Below, piece by piece: positions 39,701 to 51,705 of a stretch of 64,000 nucleotides of DNA. How positions within the stretch are numbered: position 1 is the stretch's first letter; each line of letters opens with the position of its first letter. The stretch covers positions 34,412,001-34,476,000 of the forward strand of contig CM059432.1 in assembly GCA_030390025.1 (NCBI GenBank), given 5' to 3'. Source of the DNA: Squalus acanthias (lineage: Eukaryota). The notes under the pieces were generated by a model, which was not told the DNA's origin, searched no databases, and saw nothing but the letters and a program-made list of their open reading frames with translations. The translations under genes were made by a program, and so were the position numbers.

Positions 39701-40348
39701 GTTGAGCGGCCTTTTTCTCTGCTGTAATGCTCGACAATTCAATGAATAACTTATTTATTTTAAATAGTTAACAAATGTGTCAAAGCGGTGCTAGGATATA
39801 TGTAAACCAGGGTAAATGATCGAATTGCGCCCTCCCAACACAGAGTCTCACCTGCTGGGAGCACACTGCGGGAAATCGCTGGTGCGCTCCCCATGATCTT
39901 CTGTCCATAATGGATCGGGTGGATTTCCACAACTTCTTGAGATGGGCAAGGCCCTGTTCCAGGAACACACTTGCAAAATGGCCCCCATCGCTTTCTCTTT
40001 CAAACAGCCTGACAACAGTTTCTGTAACCTGCACCATCTCTTATCATCTGACTTTTTTTGTTTCTTTTCTGATGATAGGATTGGGCTGGACTGCATTGCC
40101 CCCTCCCTCTCCCCCATCCCACCATACTCTTCTGGCATTCACTGTCAAGGCTCGCACATGTACAGTAATATTATTCGCATCAGGTAACAGAAAATGACTG
40201 GCACCAGTGTTAGTAAACCCCAGCAAGGAGTTAATACCCGAGGAGAGGAGGGCAGCAGTATTAGTAAACAGTGTGCTATATCCTGATTTGACAGGCATAT
40301 TATATAGCCTTTTACTGTCTGTCCAATGTGCCTCAGAAATCTTTAAGC

Positions 40349-40477
40349 CAATCCAAAGCTAACATACAGATCGTCAAACCAATCCAAACAAAGCTAACAT
40401 ACAGATTGTCAAACCAATCCAAACAAAGCTAACATACAGATCGTCAAACCAATCCAAACAAAGCTAACATACAGATC
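40349..40477. repeat. 35-bp tandem repeat, about 3.5 copies
   Basis: aatccaaacaaagctaacatacagatcgtcaaacc repeated. Confidence 0.9.
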
Positions 40478-40580
40478 TTTGGACCATGCAACTTGCATCA
40501 AAGGTGAACTTTTGTTTGCTTGAGTGTGTCACAAGTGTCGTTGGGCCTGTTATCAGTGCCACTCCTGCACAGGCTATCAC

Positions 40581-40737
40581 TTAATCAAAAACAAAATACT
40601 GCGGATGCTGGAAATCTGAATTAAAAACAGAGAATGCTGGAAAACACACAGCAGGTCAGGCAGCATCTGTGGAGAGAGAAACAGAGTCAATGTTTCATCA
40701 GAATCTGATGATTCAGCCAGCATTTTCTGTTTTTATT
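40581..40737 (-). mobile_element. Penelope-like remnant (second family) with a short inverted end
   Basis: 12-bp TSD acaggctatcac (40569-80, 40738-49). Matches the reverse complement of 53315-53386 and has an inverted ccagcattttctgtttttatt. Confidence 0.75.
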
Positions 40738-41395
40738 ACAGGCTATCACCTCGCAATCTTCGAGATAGGAATTCCATTGCACTTCTGAATAAATGAAGCT
40801 GGGTCGAGAACGGCAGGAAAATAATATTTAACTACATGTACGTTTCACAAGAGCTAACAAATAAAAGAGAAGTGCAGAAGAGCTCACTACTGCCACTGCT
40901 GTAGGTTCTATCGTGCAACTGCAGAATAATCTTTGGGTTGGCTTAATGTACTAGGTAAGGGAAAATCAACAGTGAAGGCACATTGAACAGTTCAGAGAAT
41001 GTCAATAGGAAGTGGTTTATAACCACTATCTTAGCCCGGTGAGCAGAAAGGAAACTTCCAGTCAGATGATCTGTTTTAGTGAGAGAGCTAAAGGTTCACA
41101 TATCCCGGCCAAGGTTCTTCTAAGCCAGACGTTAACCTTAAACTAACACGGGCGGGCATTTGGTGAAGCGTTCACATTAGAGAACCACATACTGGAAAAT
41201 TTCTCCCATGGAGGTCCTGAAATCACTCCTGGGTATCCGATGCTTTTTCGATAAGCCATGTGAGCTTTAAGGGGTTGGCTTTGGTCTTATTTTAAGGTCC
41301 TGAGGGTGTAACAGGCCCTATCTCAATGCAAGCTCTTTATTTCCCGCTGCAGGAGGTGCAACAAAGAAGGGGGGGGAGGGAGCGGGGCGGGGGGA

Positions 41396-42350
41396 GGGGA
41401 TCAGGGTCAGAGAAGCATCAATGGGGGGCGGGGCAAGGATCGGGGCAGGCCGGAGGAGCATTGGGGGAGGGGGGATGATCGGGGCAGGCCAGAGGAGCAT
41501 TGGGGGAGGGGGGATGATCGGGGCAGGCTGGAGGAGCATTGGGGGAGGGGGGATGATCGGGGCAGGCCGGAGGAGCATTGGGGGAGGGGGGATGATCGGG
41601 GCAGGCTGGAGGAGCATTGGGGGAGGGGCAAGGATCGGGGCAGGCTGGAGGAGCATTGGGGGACGGGGGATGATCGGGGCAGGCTGGAGGAGCATTGGGG
41701 GAGGGGAGATGATCGGGGCAGGCTGGAGGAGCATTGGGGGAGGGGCAAGGATCGGGGCAAACCGGAGGAGCATTGGGGGAGGGGGGATGATCGGGGCAGG
41801 CCGGAGGAGCATTGGGGGAGGGGGCAGTCAGGACTTGGGAGCCAGAAGAGCATCGGGGCTGGAGGGGGGAGTCTGGGAAGGCGATTGGAGGCCTCATGGG
41901 GAAGATCGGAGGTCTCGTAGGGGGGATCGGAGGCCTCGGGGTGTGTCCGATTGCAGTGGCTGGGTGATGCAGGAACACTGGATCCAGCAGGGAATACAAG
42001 CTAAGTTTATGCAACCATCTGAAGGCTTTGTCCCCTCATAAAATCATTTTCCTGATCCAATTCATGCAGCACAGTGGATTCCTGTCTTCCCCAAATTTCT
42101 GTTAGCTGTTACTTACCTCCTGAATCCAGCAGTCCTCGCCTTACTTTAGCTGGCGGGTTCCCCGAGGTCTGAGAAACTCGACCAGCCAGAGTTAAATTTG
42201 AAATGGTGGTTAAATCTGAAGCAGGCAGCCTCATAATATTTAAATGGGCGATTTGTCTCCTGGGAGTGGGTTGGCTGCCTACTCCCATCTCACCTCCGTT
42301 AAAACCGGAAGTGGGCACGTTGGAGGTGGTTTTTGGGGTTAAAATTCCCC
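41396..42350 (-). mobile_element. Putative Harbinger-type MITE (family of 5004-5990) containing a 39-bp minisatellite
   Basis: Ends ggggttaaaattcccc and shares an internal segment with 5250-5292. Confidence 0.55.
41425..41825. repeat. 39-bp G-rich minisatellite, about 10 units
   Basis: gatcggggcaggctggaggagcattgggggaggggggat repeated. Confidence 0.95.
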
Positions 42351-42440
42351 ATCTTAATGTCATTGTAACCTTTGCAGCCATGATAAAAGCCATCCCAGTT
42401 CTTGAGCTGCCTGTTATTCATAACTCGATCTAGAGTCTAC

Positions 42441-43320
42441 GGGGGAAAAATTCGGTTGCTTTGCGCCTCCCGTTAACGCCCTAAAGGGGCGCTAATGGGG
42501 TGCAAAGCAACTAGCGCCCGGGCGCGGCAATGTTTGCGCCGCTCGCAAAATTGACCAGACATTTTGCGGCGGCACTAAACACTACCGCCACGATCTCCTG
42601 CGCCCGCAGATCGTGACGTCAGTCGAGCGTGTAGCGCCCCAGACCGGATATTCAGTGGCGACCCTGCCTTTCCACCTGCCGCTAGCAACGACAGGTTGAG
42701 GAGAACGTTTTGCAGTCGGGAAGGGACTGGGGGAGCGCTATTTAAAGGCGACCGCTTCCTGCCTTTTTTTGTCGGCGACATTTTTGCACCACGCATTCTG
42801 AGAGAGAGAGAGAGACTTCTGGAGAGATTCAACGCTGTGTGAAGGAGTTTTGGGTACTGAGCAGCACTTTGCAGGTTCATTTTGATTTGACCTTCCTTGC
42901 ATCGATTTAGAAGAGACTTTGGGGGCTGCACTCTGAGCTCTTTCCCTGGGCCTCGCCATTGTTCTTTCTAGCAGATTTGGTGTACAGGTCTCTCCAGGCT
43001 GAGATTCAAGGCTGCAATGAGTAGGGTGTGGGTGGAGAGCAAGATCGACCCTCCCCTTTAGGAACTGGCCGGCGCCAGTGTGTCTGTGTTCCATTGCTGA
43101 CTGACATCACATGAGCTTCGCCAGTGCTCTGAGGTAGCGCCTCACTCCTCGGCGTTAGTGCCTTAAGAGAGGTGTGTAGCGCCTGATTTAGCGCTCCATT
43201 CACCTCCAGGGGCGATAGAAGCCAAGTTTGCAGTCAGAGGCGATAATTAGCGCCAGGCGCTAAACTTTGCGCCCGGCCGATAATTGCACCCCAAACGGGG
43301 CGATACCGAATTTCTCCCCC
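42441..43320. mobile_element. Non-autonomous Harbinger, copy 1
   Basis: TIR gggggaaaaattcgg / ccgaatttctccccc. Retains the Myb start MARPRERAQ on the - strand and is collinear with 50034-50926. Confidence 0.85.
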
Positions 43321-43576
43321 TTCAAGTCATAGAGTCATAACAGCACAGAAGGAGGCCATTCGGCCCATCAAGTCTGTGCCAACTCTCTGTAGAGCAATCC
43401 AGTCAGTCCCATTCCCCCGCTCTATCCCCGTAGCCCTGCAAGTTTATCTCTCGCTATGTAGTCAACAATAGGTGGGAAAGACAGGTCTCTGACATTCCCA
43501 GGTCGGAGTGACCTACTCAATTCATACAGGCCTTTGTGTATTGATGGCATAACATATATTGCCTTAAATGTTATTA

Positions 43577-43982
43577 CAGGAAACTCTTTATTAACCGGCA
43601 CCGACGGGACCGGCGTGGTGCCGGTTTATCGAAAGTACCGGATAACGGAGAGTTATATCTACCGAGGCTATTTTTAACAAAGAAAAATAAATAAATCAAG
43701 AAATGTGCAGTATACTTCCGACAGCGCCAGGAGGCCGAGTAGTGGCACTTTTGAAAACTACCCCTACTGACTAAATCGGCGTTCGCAGACTCGGACTCGG
43801 ACTCGGGATCGGCAACATTGCCGGTTATTTGAGAGGAGTTTTCGGAGTACTCGGCGTTCGCGGAGACTCGACTGCGACTCGGCAACATTGCCGGTTATTT
43901 GAGAGGAGTTTTCAGAGGATGATTTTTGCCGGTTAAGCGAGAATTCCGGATATTTGGGTGCCAGATAAACAAAAGTTTCCTG
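43577..43982 (-). mobile_element. Tigger MITE, a deletion derivative of the 46244-48847 family
   Basis: TA TSD and TIR caggaaact...ccggcacc. Both halves match the ends of the full element in inverted orientation. Confidence 0.9.
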
Positions 43983-45165
43983 TACATAGGAACATAAGAA
44001 ACAGGAGTAACCCCTCAAGCCTGCTCCACCATTCAATTAGATCATGGCTGAGCTTCACCTTAACTCTATTTACTTGCCTTTGCTCCACATATCCCTTAAT
44101 TCTCTTACCTACCAAATATTTATCTATCTACTCGGGGGCACAGTCTCAGAATAAAGGGTCGCCCTTTTAGAACTGCGCGCCGGCACTTGGAGCAGGCCCA
44201 GGAGCTGAAGTTCCCGTGGGCCCAAAACACAACGGCAGGCGCGCTGGGTAAATGCGTGCGCGATCCTTACCCCCGCGGCAAGCCGGAGAGGTGAATTTCT
44301 GGGTCACTATTTCCTCTGATGGGTGAATCCAGTACAAGGGGCCACAATCTTACAATTAGAGCTAGGCCATTCAGGAGTGAAATCAGGAAACACATTTTCT
44401 CGCAAAGGGTAGTGGGAATTTGGAGATTTCTCTCCCAAAAAGGCTGTGGATGCTGGGCCCATTGACATTTTCAAGATTAAGATCGAAAGATTTGTATTAG
44501 GTAAGGGTATCAAGGGATATGGAGCAAAGACAGGTAAATGGAGTTGAGGTACAGATCAGCCATTATCTAATTGAATGGCGGAGCAGGCTCAGTGAGCTAA
44601 ATGGCCTACTCCTGATGCTGTGTTAAAATGTTCCAGCTTATGTAAGAAAACACAGCAATAGGTTTGTGCACAGCAATGTCCCACAAACAGCAATGAGATA
44701 AATGAACAGATATCCATTTTTGGTGGTTTTGTTTGAATAATGGCCAGGACACTTCAATGCTCTTCTTCAAAAAGTGTCATGGGATTTTTCAGGTTCACCA
44801 GAACAGACAGACTGGACCTCAGTTTAATATCTCATCCAAAATATATTAGTGCAACACTCCCTCAGTACTTCACTGAAATGCCAGCAGACATCATATGCTT
44901 AACTTCGAACGTAGGCTTGAACCCACGATCTTCTGACTGAGAGGTGAGTGTACTACCAACTGAGATTTAGCAGTTAATTCTTAATTCTTCCCATTCAGTG
45001 CGCATTTACACTATGCTCACACTGGCAGAAGCATGAAATTAATCACACAGGATGTCTGCTTGGTGGAGTTTGAGTCATCGTCAACTGTCAGGTCACCAAC
45101 CGTTCAAAGTGTGAGTCCTTCGAGTTAGGGAACAGAACAGAAAGAAAAAGATTTGCATTTAAATA

Positions 45166-45360
45166 AAAATGAGAAGTCGCACAACACCAGGTTATAGTCC
45201 AACAGTTTTATTTGAAATCACGAGCTTTCGGAGCGCTGCTCCTTCGTCAGGTAAAGTGAAGGAATACAAATCAGCAAAGCATATATAGACAGAGAACAAT
45301 GTGTAGCGTACAATGTCAGACGACTACAGTAAATCTTACTGACTGCCCTCCATCACTCCA
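45166..45360 (-). mobile_element. Penelope-like fragment (family of 878-1065)
   Basis: 12-bp TSD tgcatttaaata (45154-65, 45361-72); near-identical to 912-996. Confidence 0.8.
45220..45253 (-). ncRNA. Minimal hammerhead ribozyme core (PLE type)
   Basis: Minus strand CTGACGA-aGGAGCagcGCTCC-GAAA-gctc: canonical CUGANGA and GAAA boxes, stem II, and a palindromic short stem III. Confidence 0.7.
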
Positions 45361-46243
45361 TGCATTTAAATAGCATGTTATCACATCTCTCCTCACATGA
45401 AAGAACATCTCAACGTGCTTTACAAAAGTGGCAGGTGGATGCCAAACAAGGAGTCACGAAATTAAGGAATATCGAGGAGGAGCAGGAGGGAGACCAAAGG
45501 CACAAAGAGATGAGTTTTAAGGAGGCTTTTGAAAGATGGGAGAGGGGGAGAAAAAAATAAATGGCTTTTGGAAAGAATTTCAGAGAACAGGAACATGGTG
45601 ACTGAAAGATTTACCTGCAGTGGTGGAGTGGAGATGCAGACAGTAATTCGAGGAGCCAGAGAATCACCGATCCAGGCTGCAGCATAGGGCGGGAGAACAT
45701 TTACAGGGGTAGTAGTGGGGTTTGACAGTGAGACTGAGGCCAACAGTTAAAAGAGAAGTGCTTTTCTCATTGAGTTGTCACATTCATTGATACTAGAAAG
45801 TTCAAATCCACCCACGGTATGAATAGTGCTCCCATATCTAGGGAAGATTTTTCACACCTCAGTTGATCTCTTCAGATGCGTACAGCATTGTAATGGTCAT
45901 GGTACTGGAATGGACCAGCATGCAGAGGTTGTGAGTTCAAATCCCATCGCAGCAAATTGTGAAATTGAATAAAATAAATTTGGTCACCTGAAAAAAATAA
46001 TGATGAAAGCCGCTGGATTGTGGGAGCACCTTCACCGGGAGGACTGCAGCGATACCAGGAGAAGGCCCACCACCAACTTCTCAGAGCAACGCGGTAAGTG
46101 CAATAAATGACGGTCTTGCCAGTATCACCCACATCCTGAGAACAAATTAAATTGACATCCACTAAGGTGATGGTTCTCTCACCTCTGGACTCCAAACTTT
46201 CTATCCTGTCTCTATTTTATCAATATGCATGGCAGATGCAGTA

Positions 46244-48847
46244 CAGGAAACTCTTGTTTAACCGGCACCTAAATATCCGGAATTCTCTCTTAACCGGCAA
46301 AAATCATCCTCCGAAAACTCCTCTCAAATAACCGGCAATGTTGCCGAGTCCGAGTCCGAGTCTCCCGCGAACGCCGAGTACTCCGAAACTCCTCTCAAAT
46401 AACTGGCAATGTTGTCGAGTCCGAGTCCGAGTCTTCCGCGAACACCGAGTTAGTCAGTGGGGCTAGTTCTCCAAAGTGCCACTACTCGGCCTCCTGGCGC
46501 TGTCGGAAGTCCGAACACTGCAGTAACAGGAGTCTGATTCTCCCGCGCTGCTGGGAGTCTCTTCTGATCCACCATTTTACTGTGTGTCTCCCACGCTGCT
46601 GGTAGTCTCTTCTGATCCACCATTTTACTGTGTGTCTCCCACGCTGCTGGTACTGTAGTCTCTTCTGATACACCATTTTACTGTGTGTCTGCCACGCTGC
46701 TGGTAGTCTCTTCCTAGCCACCATTGTTCTGTGTGTCTTTCCATCTTCATCCGCAATTATCTCCTCCATCTTGCATTATGGAATTCCCAAAAGCTGGTCC
46801 AAGCAAAAGGAAGAGAGTGGTCTTAACTTTAAAACAGAAAATCGAGCTATGCCAACGACTAGAAAGGGGAGAGAAGCGTATCAACATTATGAATGAATTC
46901 AAAATCGGTTCGTCAACAATCTACGACATCAAATCGCAGAAGGATTAGCTGCTCAAGTTTTATTCAAGCTCGGAGACATCTAAGAGTGTAGAGAAATGGC
47001 GTATGCTTCGTAAGCCTAAGCTTGAAGAGCTGGATACCGTGCTTTATGAATGGTTTTCTCTTAAGCGTTCAGAGGGTGTTCCAATTTCCGGACCCATGCT
47101 AATCGAGAAAGCGAAGGATTTCTACGAAAGGATGGAGCTCACTGACAAGTGTGCTTTCTCCGAGGGATGGCTAACGTGCTTCAAGTTACGGCACGGGATA
47201 CGACGACTCGATATTTCCGGGGAGAAGAAATCAGCTGATCACGACGCCGCAGAAGAATACTGCGATTATTTCAATCGGATTGTGCAGCAACATGATTTGT
47301 CGCCAGCACAGATATACAATGCCGATGAAACTGGCTTGTTTTGGAGGTTTTTGCCAGAATCAACGCTTGCTGGGGCTAGTGAGGCTAATGCTTCAGGTTA
47401 CAAGAAAAATAAAGATCGTGTAACCGTGCTAACATGTGCGAACGCCGCTGGATCACACCGGGTTAAACTTCTTGTTATCGGGAAGTATAAAAATCCCCGT
47501 GCATTTAAAAATGTGAGGCACTTACCTGTTGAGTACAAAGCTCAAAAAAATGCTTGGATGGATAAGGAAATCTTCTCCGATTGGTTCCATCATATTTTTG
47601 TTCCATCTGTGAGGGAACATTTCCGTAAAATAGGGAAACCTGAAGATAGCAAATGCATTTTATTGCTTGATAATTGTAGAGCCCATCCGCATGAATCCGA
47701 GTTGGTTTCGGGAAATATTTTCACCATTTATTTGCCACCAAATGTAACTTCTCTCATCCAACCCATGGACCAGGGCGTTATCCAAAATCTGAAGTGTCAT
47801 TACAAGAAAGACTTCCTACGTAAACTGATAAGCCAAGATGACAATATTCAAGAATTTCAGAAGGAATACAATATTAAAGATGCCATCTATAATGTTGCAT
47901 GTTCCTGGAACTTTGTGAAAGGTCACACTCTGAGGCAAGCCTGGCGCAAATTGTGGCCTTCTGTAATGTTTGCTGAAGGTTCTTCTTCAGAGGAGGAATT
48001 TCATGGGTTCAATGTTCGTCCCAAGAAGAGTACAATAATGGAAATGGCTGGCATGGTGAAAAATGCAGGCCCAGCAAACCCTCTACCTCACCTCAGTGAA
48101 AGTGATATCGAGCAGTGGGTTGCTGCAGATAGAGAAGTTGGTGTTGTGCATATGCTAAGTGATGATGAAATAATTGAGAATGTTTTGAATCCAAAGAAAG
48201 GAAAGGAAAGTGAGATGGAAAGTGAAGAGGATGATATTTCTGAAGAAGAGAAGATTTCTTGGGCGAAAGCTGCAGAAGGATTTTCTTCATTCCATAAATT
48301 TGCTGAAAGGCAGACTTGCTACTCTGCCCAAGAAGTTATGCAACTCCATATTCTGCATTCCACCTTTCTACAGAAAAGGCAAGAGTCCACTAAGCAAACC
48401 GACATCCGCAACATGTTTAAGAAAGCTTCCAAAAGAGTCGCAGCAGCGGAAGTGCCTGAAGAATCTGTGGCATCTGTGGAACTGCATGATCATGATGACC
48501 CAGCCGGCACGGATATTTCTGATGAACCAGATGACTCGGAATAAGTGTACAGTCAACTACAGTACTGTATACAGTCGTTTATAAGTTTTGTTTTACTGTT
48601 AAGTAATTAAAGAGTTATGGATTACCCTCAACTGGCAGTACTGTACTTAATCAAGCATCTTCCACCATCCATTTAACACAACATTCTGTAGGTGAGTACC
48701 CAAATACTGTATACTGCACATTTCTTGATTTTTTTATTTTTCTTTGTTAAAAATAGCCTCGGTAGATATAACTCTCCGTTATCCGGAACTTTCGATCAAC
48801 CGGCACCACGCCGGTCCCGTCGGTGCTGGATACCAAAGAGTTTCCTG
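46244..48847 (+). mobile_element. Full-length Tigger/pogo DNA transposon (2604 bp)
   Basis: TA TSD and TIR caggaaactctt..ccggcacc / ggtgctgg..aagagtttcctg. Inserted in CR1 sequence gcagatgcagTAtaatgtggataa. Has tandem repeats in its 5' region. Confidence 0.95.
46778..48544 (+). pseudogene. Tigger/pogo (CENP-B/jerky-like) transposase, 588 codons with one in-frame TAG at 46946-46948
   Basis: [51 protein letters not shown] and IQPMDQG (DD32D). The two listed ORFs share one frame. Confidence 0.92.
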
Positions 48848-49665
48848 TATAATGTGGATAAATGCGAGGTTATCCACTTTGGTGGCAAAAACAGGAAGAC
48901 AGATTATTATCTGAACGGCAATAGATTGGGAAAAGGGGAAGTGCAACGAGACCTGGGTGTCCTTGTGCACCAGTCGCTGAAGGTAAGCATGCAGGTGCAG
49001 CAGGCGGTTAAGAAGGCAAATGGTATGTTGGCCTTCATAGCGAGAGGATTTGAGTACAGGAGCAAGGAGGTCTTGCTGCAGTTGTACAGGGCCTTGGTGA
49101 GACCACACCTTGAGTATTGTGTGCAGTTTTGGTCGCCTTATCTGAGAAAGGATGTTCTTGCCATGGAGGGAGTGCAGCGAAGATTCACCAGACTGATACC
49201 TGGGATGGCAGGAATGACGTATGAAGAGAGATTGGGTCGATTAGGCTTATATTCGCTAGAGTTTAGAAGAATGAGAGGGGATCTCATTGAAACTTATAAA
49301 ATTCTAACAGGACTAGACAGACTAGATGCAGGAAGGATGTTCCCAATGGCGGGGGAGTCCAGAACCAGAGGTCACAGTCTAAGGATGAGGGGTAAGCCAT
49401 TTAGGACTGAGATGAGGAGGAATTTCTTCACCCAGAGAGTGGTGAACCTGTGGATTTCTCTACCACAGAAGGCAGTTGAGGCCAATTCATTAAATATATT
49501 CAAGAAGGAGTTAGCTATATTTCTTAAGGCTAAAGGGACTAAGGGATATGGGGAGAAAGCAGGGACAGGGTACTGAATTTGGATGATCAGCCATGATCGC
49601 ATTGAATGGCGGAGCAGGCTCGAGGGGCCGAATGGCCTACTCCTGCTCCTATCTTCTATGTTTCT
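48848..49665 (+). mobile_element. CR1 3' fragment; its first ~20 bp lie at about 46225-46243, before the Tigger
   Basis: Open RT C-terminus YNVDKCEVIHFG...KGYGEKAGTGY and CR1 tail. Confidence 0.92.
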
Positions 49666-50033
49666 ATTACTATGGCATTGCTTCTCTTTCTTTTTTGTGA
49701 TTTCTGCTAAGCAGCTCTTCTTCCCATCACCTTCACTCTGTTGAAATCATATCATATTGCATTGGCTTCTCATTCTTTCTCAAGATCTCAATCTTTACCT
49801 CAATCAATTCTCTCATTCCTATATAATCTATAGGCTTTTAGAAACCCAAGCTTGGCTGATTCCAGCCACTACTTATTGATTTACCTCATCTTCTCTCCCT
49901 TCAACCTCAGTGCGGTCCGGATCTTGATCCTTTCTCAGTAAAATGTTCTCAATAAAAAGATAACTTCATTCATTATGGTTCTTGTACACTCACACCGCTG
50001 TGCCTGTCTCTGTTACCCTGTTTCAGAACTTCT

Positions 50034-50926
50034 GGGGGAAAAAATCGGTTGCTTTGCGCATCCTATTAGCGCCCTAAGAAGGGCCCTAATGGGGCGCAAA
50101 GCAACTAGCGCCCGGGCGCGGCGATGTTTGCGTCGTTCACAAAATTGACCAAACATTTTGCGGCGGCGTTAAACACAACCGCCACGATCTCCTGCGCCCA
50201 CAGATCGTGACGTCAGTCAAGCGTGCAACGCCCTGGTAGCGCCCCGGACCAGATATTGAGTGGTGCCCCCTGCCTTTCCGCCTGCCACTAGCAACGACAG
50301 GTTGAGGGGACCATTTTGCAGTCGGGAAGGGACTGGGGGAGCGCTATTTAAAGGCGACCGCTTCCTGCCTTTTTTTGTCGGCCACATTTTTGCACCATGC
50401 ATTCTGAGAGAGAGGGAGAGACTTCTGGAGAGATTCAACGCTGTGTGAAGGAGTTTTGGGTACTGAACAGCACTTTGCAGGTTCATTTTGATTTAACCTT
50501 CCTTGCATCGATTTAGAAGAGACTATGGGGACTGCATTCTGAGCTCTTTCCCTGGGCCTCTCCATTGTTCTTTCCAGCAGATTTGATGTACAGTTCTCTC
50601 CAGGCCGAGATTCAAGGCTGCAATGAGCAGGGTGTGGCTGGAGAGCAAGATCGACCCTCCCCTTTAAGAACTGGCCGGCTCCAGTGTGTTTGTGTTCCAT
50701 TGCTGACTGACATCACATGAGCTTCGCTAGCGCTCTGAGGTAGCACCTCACTCCTCGGCATTAGCGCCTTAAGAGAGGTGTGTAGCGCCTGATTTAACGC
50801 TCCAATCACCTCCAGGGGCGATAGAAGCCAAGTTTGCAGTCGGAGGTGATAATTAGCGCCAGGCGCTAAACTTTGCGCCCGGCCGATAATTGTGCCCCAA
50901 ACGGGGTGATACCGAATTTCTCCCCC
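50034..50926. mobile_element. Non-autonomous Harbinger, copy 2
   Basis: TIRs as in copy 1; 3-bp TSD tct. Confidence 0.88.
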
Positions 50927-51334
50927 TCTGATTATAGACAGCCTTGAAGTAAACATCATGGGGACATAGTAACAGATTTGGGGTAATTTTAATCTTGTGA
51001 GCCATGGGGAAAATGGGCTGGCAGGCAGTTAGAACAGGCGGGAGACTTACCTGCTGTGTCCCGCTCCATTTCTGCTGTTTTCTATTTAACCTTCTCTTCT
51101 GAGCAGATGGCAAGGACCCCCACCTGAAGCCGGCAGGGCCCTTCTTTAAATATGCAGATACGATCATGTCATTGGGCCCAGACTGCAATTTTAACTGGTG
51201 GCCTGAGATGGGGAAGCCACTGTGACTTTCCTGCTAGGTGAAGATAGCAGGAAGAGGATCCAAGTCCAGAAGAGGCCCAAACAGGTAAGTATTTTTAAAC
51301 TTTTTTTTATTTTCCTTCTGAAGCTAGGAGGAAA

Positions 51335-51705
51335 AAGAAAGAAAGACTTGCATTTATATAGCGCCTTTCACAACCACTGGACGTCTCAAAGCGCTTTACA
51401 GGCAATGAAGTACTTTTGAAGTGGAGTCACTGTTGTAATGTGGGAAACGCGGCAGCCAATTTGCGCACAGCAAGGTCCCACAAACAGCAATGTGATAATG
51501 ACCAGATAATCTGTTTTATTTTGTTATGTTGGTTGAGGGATAAATATTGGCCAGGACACCGGGGATAACTCCCCTGCTCTTCTTCGAAATAGTGCCATGG
51601 GATCTTTTACGTCCACCTGAGAGAGCAGATGGGGCCTCGGTTTAACGTCTCATCTGAAAGACGGCACCTCCAACAGTGCAGCACTCCCTCAGCACTGAAC
51701 TGGAG
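51335..51705 (-). mobile_element. Deu-domain SINE nested in a putative MITE (about 50979-51881)
   Basis: Highly similar to 26815-27170. Flanking MITE ends are ggggtaattttaa / ttaaaatcgaggc. Confidence 0.8.

Noticed and set aside
47003..48544. Host JRKL/TIGD gene
   Set aside because: Flanked by TIRs and a TA TSD, inserted in a CR1, and has a MITE derivative.
48692..49576. 294-aa ORF as a novel fusion protein
   Set aside because: Chance in-frame join of the non-coding Tigger end with a CR1 RT fragment; the start codon is GTG.
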